Source: Fusobacteriota bacterium
GTDB taxonomy: Bacteria; Fusobacteriota; Fusobacteriia; Fusobacteriales; JBNJFI01
Reading direction: 5' to 3'
NCBI GenBank assembly: GCA_051746725.1
Contig: JBNJFI010000036.1
Coordinates: 1 to 19,239 of the forward strand
Length of the DNA stretch: 19,239 nucleotides
A model generated the notes under the pieces. The model ran no database searches, was not told the DNA's origin, and saw only the letters and a program-made list of their open reading frames with translations. The translations under genes were made by a program, and so were the position numbers. Positions 1 to 7,511 of this stretch are shown here, piece by piece. The first letter of the stretch is position 1; each line of letters opens with the position of its first letter.

Positions 1-10
1 AATAAGGGAT

Positions 11-583
11 ATGCCTAAAAAGAGAAGGATAGAGTTAGAGTTATATGTATATATATTTGATAGAATAGATGATGATAAAGAAAAAGAGAAAAGAAGGGAA
101 GATATCTTTGAGTTTATACAGTATCTCAAAAAAGAGAAGCTGTTTGAATATTTAGAGATGGGGGTAATATTTATAGATGAAAGAGTTTTGGCTCCAAGTT
201 ATAATGAGTATAGTAGGAAGGTCGAAGATAGTGAAAAGGTGATGATAAAAGTAGGAGATAAAAATATAGATATGCCACCAATGGAATTAAGGAAAGAGAT
301 GTCAAGTAATTTAGATAATGAATTAAGAGATATGTCAGATTCTAAAATAATAGAAAGTATGTATAATATTAGTAAAAGTAATTTATCAGTATTTGGAACT
401 AAGAGGATAAAATATTTCAATATACACTATATGGACTTTACTACATCGTTAGGAGAAGCAAAACTAAATAATTCAGATATTTATAGAAAAAATGATAAAG
501 TATATTTGAAGAAAAGGTATGGTTTTAATGATATGGAGTATATAGAATTAACAGGAAATGAAAGATATTTTTATATTAATTAA
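11..583 (+). CDS. Hypothetical protein, probably 5'-truncated by the window edge; first visible gene of the VgrG-associated operon
   Basis: 190-aa ORF. The frame stays open to the window start (codons ATA AGG GAT at 2-10, no stop), and there is no well-spaced RBS before ATG 11. It ends 12 bp before the next gene, whose RBS is AAGGAG. Confidence 0.7.
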   Translation: MPKKRRIELELYVYIFDRIDDDKEKEKRREDIFEFIQYLKKEKLFEYLEMGVIFIDERVLAPSYNEYSRKVEDSEKVMIKVGDKNIDMPPMELRKEMSSNLDNELRDMSDSKIIESMYNISKSNLSVFGTKRIKYFNIHYMDFTTSLGEAKLNNSDIYRKNDKVYLKKRYGFNDMEYIELTGNERYFYIN

Positions 584-595
584 GGAGATGATAAA

Positions 596-3268
596 ATGGT
601 AAAGAAAAAGGAATCGAAAGTAACTCATAAAGAGTTATTAACATTTAGTAATTTAACAAATTTAGAGTGGCAGTTTGGAGATATAGAGCCAGTAGTGGTT
701 AGAGATGAAAAAGGTATTCCACTGAAAGATAAAAATGGAAATATAATTAAAAAACGTCCTAAGTTAAAAGATCTACTGGATCCAGAAAGTTTTATAAGAG
801 AGGAAACCAATCCAGAAACTGGAGAAACAAAAGAGAAATATGTATATATGGACCATCTAACCGATGAGGAGATAATAAGAAAAGGCGACAGAGATAAGGG
901 CTTTCAGAAGATGAGAAGAGCAGCAGGTATAGGGCTGGAATATTTAGATCATTCGTATACTGGTAAAGATAAAGATGAAAGAATGACAACAGAGGGTTCT
1001 TTTTTGAATGACTGGGAAGTAATTTACGGAGCAGATAACTATAAGGTAGTAGCGGACTATCTGGATTATCTATATTCAAAGCAACCAGAAAAATTAAAAA
1101 AAGCTTCCAATTCCAAGGATAAATTTATGAGTTCAACAAATGGATCAGGTATAAGTGTTAATCTAGAAAAGGAAGAAGAGAGAGAAAATAATAAAAGATA
1201 CCCTACTAGAAAAGAAGTAGAAGATATGAAAAAGGCAACTGAGACTATAAAAATAGTAACTACACTTATAAAAATTAGTACTAAAGTAGTTTTACCTACA
1301 ATGATTGGGGTTAAACACGGTGATGAAATTTTGGATTTAAAGAAAGTCCTTTCTGTTAATAACAGATCTGAAGTATTAAAAAAGCTATATGAATCTATAT
1401 TAAAAAAGGCAAATATAAATGGGCTAAGTATAGGTGATTTGGCAAATATAGTAGAGGGTCAAAAAGGATTAGAGTCTTTCTCAAATAAGTGGATTGGTAA
1501 AGGATTTGAGAAAATTTTAAAGATGAAACAAAATGAGATAGATAATTTAACAGAGAAAGATTTAAATGGATTTAAGGAACTAGAAGAGTATCCTGAAATT
1601 CATTTAACTAAAAGTTTAGATATGAAAAACACAGGCTTTAGGGTAGTAGCTTTGAAAAATAAGAAAAGTAATCAAATAGTTATTGCGTATACCGGTGGAA
1701 CGTCTGATGGAAATAAACGACTTCCAAAGGAAAGAGATCTATTACAGCTGGTTTATGATAAGATTTGTAGAGATAATAGAGGATGCAAAATAAGATTTAC
1801 AGGTATAAATAATGGAGCCGATTTAAGTTTTATAAGCTCTCTATTATGTGAAGACAAAGCTACTATATTTTATACTAAGAATACTTCGGCAAAAGATTAC
1901 TTATCATTTGATAAAGAAGACTTAGATAGGGATTATGATGGCGGATTTAAAATAGTTAAAAAATCCTGTAAAGATATATTGACAGAAGAGATTTGGGGAT
2001 TAGTCCCATATATAGTTACAAGTTCTACTATTTGGGTTCCTGTAATTACTATTTTGGGATTAGAAGGTTTGAACATATTAAAAGAACTCTTTGAAGATAT
2101 TGAAATTAGTGGTTTTTATAATAAATTATCAAATAAAAGTTGGGGATATATTGAAAAAGCTGAAACTAAATCTAAATCTATAGATACTACTAATGGTTCA
2201 GCAATAACTGTTGGAAATGATGAAAACCAAGGAATAAAAGGAATATTAACTGATGAAATAATAAAAAAATCTGTCCAAGACATAGAAATACAAAATGGTA
2301 CTATACCTGTAAAATTAGAAGATGCATTTTATTTAGAGTCAAAAGGATATTCTAAGTTTTTAATAAAAAATAGAGATATAGCTTTTATGTGGTTACAGGG
2401 AAATTCATTTTTTTGTCAATTAGATAAAAAAGATCAAGTATATGAAATCACCAAAATATATAAGACAGGAATAAATCTTAAAAAAATTGAAACTAAAAAC
2501 ATTCTTAATGAAAAAAGTGAAGGAGAGTTTATAGTTAATATTATGAAGATGATTTATAGATTACAGAGAAGTTATTTAGAAGAAAAAGTAGATATAAATT
2601 ATGTGTATTCACATGAAAAAGAGATAATAAAAGAAGATAAAAAATTACCTGAAAGAATAAAGGAAGATAAATTATATAATGAATTCTATTTTTTACCTTT
2701 TATAGATAAAATGGGAAATATCACTAAGGAAATAAGAGAAGGGTATATAAAGAGCGTTTATAAAAGTATTATAAATATTGAGACTTGCTATGGCTATAAT
2801 TATTATCATCAAATAAAAGATGAATTAGAGCCTAAATATAAGAAACATAGATATAAAGAAGATAATCTTCAATCATATTCTTATGACTTAGACTTAGATA
2901 AATCTAAGACTCTAGAAATTGAGGAGGTAGAGAAAAAGTTTTTTGAGATATTAGATGAGAAGTTAAATAGTGTAACTATAGAAAGAATTCTTTCTAATAG
3001 ATATAATCATTTTAATCTATTAAAAGATAAATTAGGAGATACAACGGATAACTTGAAGGGGTATTATGAGGTAGCAAAACGTCCTCAATTCAAAACTATT
3101 GGAGTAAGAATGACAGGAGAGCCAAGTTTGGAGTATAGGTATAATCCTGAGGACTGGATTTTAGGAGGAGAATTTCAAATACCTGTAGATATATTTGAAC
3201 AGAAAAAAGATGTTGAGTTTTTAAGTATCGGAAAGATACTAGATGCTTTTAAGGGGGATAAAAAGTGA
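596..3268 (+). CDS. Large lipase-like (Lipase_3/DUF2974-type alpha/beta-hydrolase) protein with a degenerate catalytic elbow
   Basis: 890 aa, RBS AAGGAG. GFRVVALK...QIVIAYTGG (nt 1634-1699) resembles the GFxAxAF...IVIAYRGT motif. IRFTGINNGADLS (G at 1802) sits where ITGHSLGGALA is expected. Hydrophobic segment at aa ~466-495. Confidence 0.6.
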   Translation: MVKKKESKVTHKELLTFSNLTNLEWQFGDIEPVVVRDEKGIPLKDKNGNIIKKRPKLKDLLDPESFIREETNPETGETKEKYVYMDHLTDEEIIRKGDRDKGFQKMRRAAGIGLEYLDHSYTGKDKDERMTTEGSFLNDWEVIYGADNYKVVADYLDYLYSKQPEKLKKASNSKDKFMSSTNGSGISVNLEKEEERENNKRYPTRKEVEDMKKATETIKIVTTLIKISTKVVLPTMIGVKHGDEILDLKKVLSVNNRSEVLKKLYESILKKANINGLSIGDLANIVEGQKGLESFSNKWIGKGFEKILKMKQNEIDNLTEKDLNGFKELEEYPEIHLTKSLDMKNTGFRVVALKNKKSNQIVIAYTGGTSDGNKRLPKERDLLQLVYDKICRDNRGCKIRFTGINNGADLSFISSLLCEDKATIFYTKNTSAKDYLSFDKEDLDRDYDGGFKIVKKSCKDILTEEIWGLVPYIVTSSTIWVPVITILGLEGLNILKELFEDIEISGFYNKLSNKSWGYIEKAETKSKSIDTTNGSAITVGNDENQGIKGILTDEIIKKSVQDIEIQNGTIPVKLEDAFYLESKGYSKFLIKNRDIAFMWLQGNSFFCQLDKKDQVYEITKIYKTGINLKKIETKNILNEKSEGEFIVNIMKMIYRLQRSYLEEKVDINYVYSHEKEIIKEDKKLPERIKEDKLYNEFYFLPFIDKMGNITKEIREGYIKSVYKSIINIETCYGYNYYHQIKDELEPKYKKHRYKEDNLQSYSYDLDLDKSKTLEIEEVEKKFFEILDEKLNSVTIERILSNRYNHFNLLKDKLGDTTDNLKGYYEVAKRPQFKTIGVRMTGEPSLEYRYNPEDWILGGEFQIPVDIFEQKKDVEFLSIGKILDAFKGDKK

Positions 3269-6200
3269 AAAATATAAATAACAGACTAAAAAAGATATTA
3301 ATTGAAGATTTTTTCGGGTTAAATTCTTATGATACAGCAGTTAATGATATAGACAAGATAAAGGAAGAAGATTTAGATAAAAAAATATTTCAAGAGAAAA
3401 TAGAAGTTATAGATAACAATAAGCTAGTTACTTTAGAAGTTAAATCAAATGGGAATGAAATTATTAATTTAGCCTCAATGTCAGGGCTAGTAACTAAGGA
3501 ATTTGAACGAGCTCTGGATGTTTTTAAGGATTTAAATAAAAAGGCTGAACCAGAAACAAATTATAGCTTGAATGGAAGTTATTTAGGTGGGGCACTAACT
3601 AGTTATATTACTGTGTTACAAGGGATAGAGTTAAAACTTCAAACTGTTAGTTTTAATGGAATAGGAATCAAAAATTTTACAAAATTCAATGGGAATGAAT
3701 TTCTAGGATATAAGATGGGGATGAAATATTATCTAGATAACTATATAAATGAAAATATAGATATGAGGCTTATTAAGGAAGAGCTTATCTTTTTAGGAGT
3801 ATTAGAAGAGGGGAATATAAGTGGAAAATATAGAAAAAGCTTTGGAACGAAGATAGATAAGGCTTTTATAAAAAGAGAGTTAAAAAAAGCTGTAAAGAAG
3901 ATATTAAAACTTTCTAAAGAGGAAGCAGAGGAGTTAGTTGAAGAAAATTTTAATCCAGAATTAATAGAGAGAAAAATGAGATTTATAGATAATTATAATA
4001 CTAAGAATGAAAAAAACATCATAAACTATATATTTTTCGATAATCTACCAGCAAGAATATCTAAGCAAATAGGATCTACATATCTAGTAGATAAAGATTT
4101 AAAGAAATTCAATGGTGGAGTTGATGATGAATTAATTGATTGGATTAATAGATTAGAAGAGGATGAATTAAATAGAGTACTAGATCAAAATAGAGATCTA
4201 TTTATGCCATTTATATTAAGAAAAGAAGATGGAAATGGGAAGAATGCTAAAAACAGACTTGGAAATACACCTGAAATTGGGAATATGACAAATAAGTTAA
4301 GTATCAGTTATTTAGCAGGTTTAATAAAGGATATAGTTTTAGATTTAAAGAAAAAAGATGAAAAAATAATAGAAAAACTATTTGATTTTTCCCAAAGAGG
4401 AATGAACGGAGAATTTTTAGAAGTTATAAAAGATAGATTAAGACACAGCATAAAATTAGAAAAAAGAATAGATTTAAAAGATATTTTAAAAAGCAGATAT
4501 TTTACTGAAAATCCAGATATATTAACAGAAGAAGACAAAAAATATTTTCATGCAAATACTGCTATAAGTAATTTAGATAATATGGATTATAGAGATGTTG
4601 AAAGATTATGGCGATGGAGCATAAAACCTGATAATATTTCTCTAATATTAGGAGAAGAAGGTGTAACTTCTAAAGAAGATATAGTTGAATATAAAGAAGG
4701 AAATATAAAGTTAAATAATAAAGAGGAAGAGCTAAATATAAATTTAGAAGAACCATCTAAAAATATAATACTTGGCTCAGGAACTCCAAGTAGAAAAAAT
4801 AGTAAAAAGGATAATGAATATTTAAATGAAGATAAGTACTCTTTTTTGCCCAACCGAGGTATAGGTAGACACATAGCAAGCCAAAACACAGATCCAAATA
4901 GAGATTTAGAAGTAGACGGTAATAACTTATCAGGGAAATATGTTGAAGTAGATGAGATAGATGGTTTGGAAAAACAGATAACAGATAAATTCTTTGGTGA
5001 GAATTTTCGGTTACAAGAAAGTGGTGGAAAAAAGAGATTAATATATTATTATGGTCCAGATAAGGAAGACGAGTTAGTAATAGATGGATTTAAAGATGGA
5101 GATTATGGTATAAAATTACAAGAAAAAAGATCGACGTATGTTGACAAAAAAGTGCCAATAAAATATACAGAACAAAAGATTAGAATAGGGGATTTTGAAT
5201 TTATAAACCTAGATGAATTTAAAATAACAAAGGAGATAAATAAACACTCAAGATTTGTAGCCAAGGGTAGAGTTAGGCATGAAGATAAACAGAAATATAA
5301 GAATATGTTTTTAGTAAAAAGTCCATCTATCGTTATATCACATGGAGAAGATGAAATACCTATGTTTAAGGGGAGAATATATAAATATAACTTAGATGAA
5401 GATTATTATGGACAAGATCTGCGACTAGAAATATACGGAATATCATATAGTTGGGAGCTTGAAAAGGGAGCCAGCAATAGAATGTTCCAAAATATGGGAA
5501 CTCTATATACAGAGGCTTTTGAAAAGGTAATGGAAAAAAATCCAGAATTCGATATTAGTTTTGGTACAAGTGAAATGGACGAAATGGAGCTAGTAACAGA
5601 TGAGTATCCAATGGTATATCAATATGAAGAGAGTGAATGGGATTTCATAAAGAGACTAGCTTCTTACCTTAATCAGCCTGTAATAGTAAATGATACCAAG
5701 GCATTGGAAGATATTGTAAATATAAAAGTAGGGATCCATGATCTAGAGAGCAAGCCGTTAAATAATATATCCAGAACTTTTATTGGAAGAACAGATGAAA
5801 AAGGGGTAAAACGGAATTATTATAAAACATATAAACACTGTCATAGTTTATCAGACAATATATATGGAATCGGATATCCTGTGGAATATAATATAGGAGT
5901 AAGGGGGAGCAAAAAAGAGGACCTTATTGTTTTGAGAAATGAGATATACATTTCCAAGGGGAATCTGTATTCAGATATAACTCTAACTAAAAATGATTGG
6001 CTTAAAATGGAGAAAAGAAAGAGGTATAGCAAAATCCATGGAATAGGACTTCGGGCAGAGGTTAAAGAGGTATACAAGGATCATACTGCACAAGTAGAGT
6101 TTGTCGATATAGAAAATGAGTTCAAAAAAGGGAAATCATATAAATTACCATTGGATAAACCGTATACTGGAGCATATTTTTCTCCAGAAAAAGGGGATAT

Positions 6201-6666
6201 AGTAGAAGTCTATATTAAAAGTAATAATGAAAAATATGCAACTATAAGAAATACTTTAACTGAAAAGCAAAAGACTCAAAATGATCCATTGAAAAAAAGA
6301 TTATTAACTAAATCCGAACAAGAGATACTTTTAAATGACAAGGATAAGGAGATAGCTTTTAGAACTTTTGGCGACGAATGTTCATTGAGGATGAAAAAGG
6401 AGTATATAGATATTAAAAATGCAACTGCTAGTCTAAAGATGCAAGAGGATGGAACGGTGGAATTAGCAAGTGGAGATAATAAAATAAATATAAGTAAAGA
6501 TGGCTTGTACAAGGAAGCTCTTGGAAATAGAATCGATATGAATAAAGATGGAGTGGTGATAACAGCTAAAAATGGAGAGGTTATCAGTATGAAAGATGGT
6601 GCTTTGACTATGGAAGCTGGAGGTAAGAAAATAGGATTTAAAGATGGAGAGATTATATTAAAATAG
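3265..6666 (+). CDS. vgrG: Fusion protein: N-terminal degenerate lipase-like region (~aa 1-620) plus C-terminal VgrG/phage gp27-gp5-like spike (~aa 630-1133)
   Basis: GTG start overlapping the upstream stop (GTGA). LNGSYLGGALT...TVSFNGIG resembles the lipase elbow and the following strand. QYEESEWDFIKRLAS (nt 5620) matches the VgrG/GpD QYxExDxxFxxRL motif. GAYFSPEKGDIVEV resembles the gp5 OB-fold. C-terminal ~16-aa repeats with KDG/EDG turns (nt 6430-6663) fit a beta-helix spike. Confidence 0.75.
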   Translation: MKNINNRLKKILIEDFFGLNSYDTAVNDIDKIKEEDLDKKIFQEKIEVIDNNKLVTLEVKSNGNEIINLASMSGLVTKEFERALDVFKDLNKKAEPETNYSLNGSYLGGALTSYITVLQGIELKLQTVSFNGIGIKNFTKFNGNEFLGYKMGMKYYLDNYINENIDMRLIKEELIFLGVLEEGNISGKYRKSFGTKIDKAFIKRELKKAVKKILKLSKEEAEELVEENFNPELIERKMRFIDNYNTKNEKNIINYIFFDNLPARISKQIGSTYLVDKDLKKFNGGVDDELIDWINRLEEDELNRVLDQNRDLFMPFILRKEDGNGKNAKNRLGNTPEIGNMTNKLSISYLAGLIKDIVLDLKKKDEKIIEKLFDFSQRGMNGEFLEVIKDRLRHSIKLEKRIDLKDILKSRYFTENPDILTEEDKKYFHANTAISNLDNMDYRDVERLWRWSIKPDNISLILGEEGVTSKEDIVEYKEGNIKLNNKEEELNINLEEPSKNIILGSGTPSRKNSKKDNEYLNEDKYSFLPNRGIGRHIASQNTDPNRDLEVDGNNLSGKYVEVDEIDGLEKQITDKFFGENFRLQESGGKKRLIYYYGPDKEDELVIDGFKDGDYGIKLQEKRSTYVDKKVPIKYTEQKIRIGDFEFINLDEFKITKEINKHSRFVAKGRVRHEDKQKYKNMFLVKSPSIVISHGEDEIPMFKGRIYKYNLDEDYYGQDLRLEIYGISYSWELEKGASNRMFQNMGTLYTEAFEKVMEKNPEFDISFGTSEMDEMELVTDEYPMVYQYEESEWDFIKRLASYLNQPVIVNDTKALEDIVNIKVGIHDLESKPLNNISRTFIGRTDEKGVKRNYYKTYKHCHSLSDNIYGIGYPVEYNIGVRGSKKEDLIVLRNEIYISKGNLYSDITLTKNDWLKMEKRKRYSKIHGIGLRAEVKEVYKDHTAQVEFVDIENEFKKGKSYKLPLDKPYTGAYFSPEKGDIVEVYIKSNNEKYATIRNTLTEKQKTQNDPLKKRLLTKSEQEILLNDKDKEIAFRTFGDECSLRMKKEYIDIKNATASLKMQEDGTVELASGDNKINISKDGLYKEALGNRIDMNKDGVVITAKNGEVISMKDGALTMEAGGKKIGFKDGEIILK

Positions 6667-6678
6667 AGGAGGAAGATA

Positions 6679-7233
6679 GTGAATAAAAAATTAATACATG
6701 ATATTCAAGATAAAATGGATATTCCTAGTCTTAAATTTTTTAAAAAGTATGAAAAGGTTCATGGAATATTAGGAGAAAACATACCGCCATATTATTATGC
6801 AAAGGAGATATTGGAAATAGATAAAAGAGAAAAAATATATGTTGGGAATTTAGCATATAAGCTATTTGTAAAGGAGAAAAATCGAATAGGAGAGATGGTA
6901 AACAAGAAATCTCAAATAGCATTTCAGAAAAATTTTAATCAGATGAAAAAAATATTTGAACAAGTAATAAAAGGATACACAAAAAAGAGTTATGAAGAAG
7001 AAAACGAATTTAATTGGAAAGCTTCTGGTGATCAAAAAAAATTGATGTCAAGAGCTTTATTATTAGGGATGCCAAATTTGGAGGAATACATAAAGAGTTA
7101 TCAAGATAATATGAAAAAACAAGAGGAGTTAAGGAAAAGATTAGCAAATGAAATCTATGAAGAAAAGAAAAAAATAGCTGAAGAAAAATTAAAAGATGAA
7201 AATGAAATATATGAAAATGAACTTACCAATTAA
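6679..7233 (+). CDS. Hypothetical protein with a charged, coiled-coil-like C-terminus, directly downstream of the vgrG-like gene
   Basis: 184 aa, GTG start, strong RBS GAGGAGG, 12-bp gap to vgrG. No signal peptide, no Cys and no PAAR motif. Confidence 0.75.
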   Translation: MNKKLIHDIQDKMDIPSLKFFKKYEKVHGILGENIPPYYYAKEILEIDKREKIYVGNLAYKLFVKEKNRIGEMVNKKSQIAFQKNFNQMKKIFEQVIKGYTKKSYEEENEFNWKASGDQKKLMSRALLLGMPNLEEYIKSYQDNMKKQEELRKRLANEIYEEKKKIAEEKLKDENEIYENELTN

Positions 7234-7388
7234 GATGTTTATTCCTCCTGAATAAGGTATCTTTGGTATTAAATATTCATGTAAAAAGATTTAGAATATA
7301 ATTTATATAAGGGATATTAATTTTTATTAAAATGATATATTGATCTGTACAGTAATAGCCAAATAGAAGATTAAAATTTAATAAAAAA

Positions 7389-7417
7389 TTGACAAATACT
7401 TTGTAAAAGTATATAAT
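7389..7417 (+). promoter_or_regulatory. Consensus sigma70/sigmaA promoter for the MCP gene, with an inverted repeat in the spacer
   Basis: TTGACA (7389-7394), 17-bp spacer, TATAAT (7412-7417). ATACTTT-gta-AAAGTAT at 7396-7412. Confidence 0.85.
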
Positions 7418-7511
7418 GAAGTGTACTTTATATAAACAATGTGAGTTATAAATATATAATTTATATAAATTATTAGATAAATTAACTTATATTTACTGGG
7501 GAGGGGTTAAT

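Noticed and set aside
3265..6666. Prophage tail region
   Set aside because: No integrase, capsid, terminase, tape measure, sheath or lysis genes are in the window, and the neighbours are lipase-like. It cannot be fully excluded without upstream sequence.
7239..7255. TTATTC-ctcct-GAATAA hairpin or reverse-strand AGGAGG after the vgrG operon
   Set aside because: The stem is too weak for a confident terminator, and no start codon lies at a usable distance on the minus strand.
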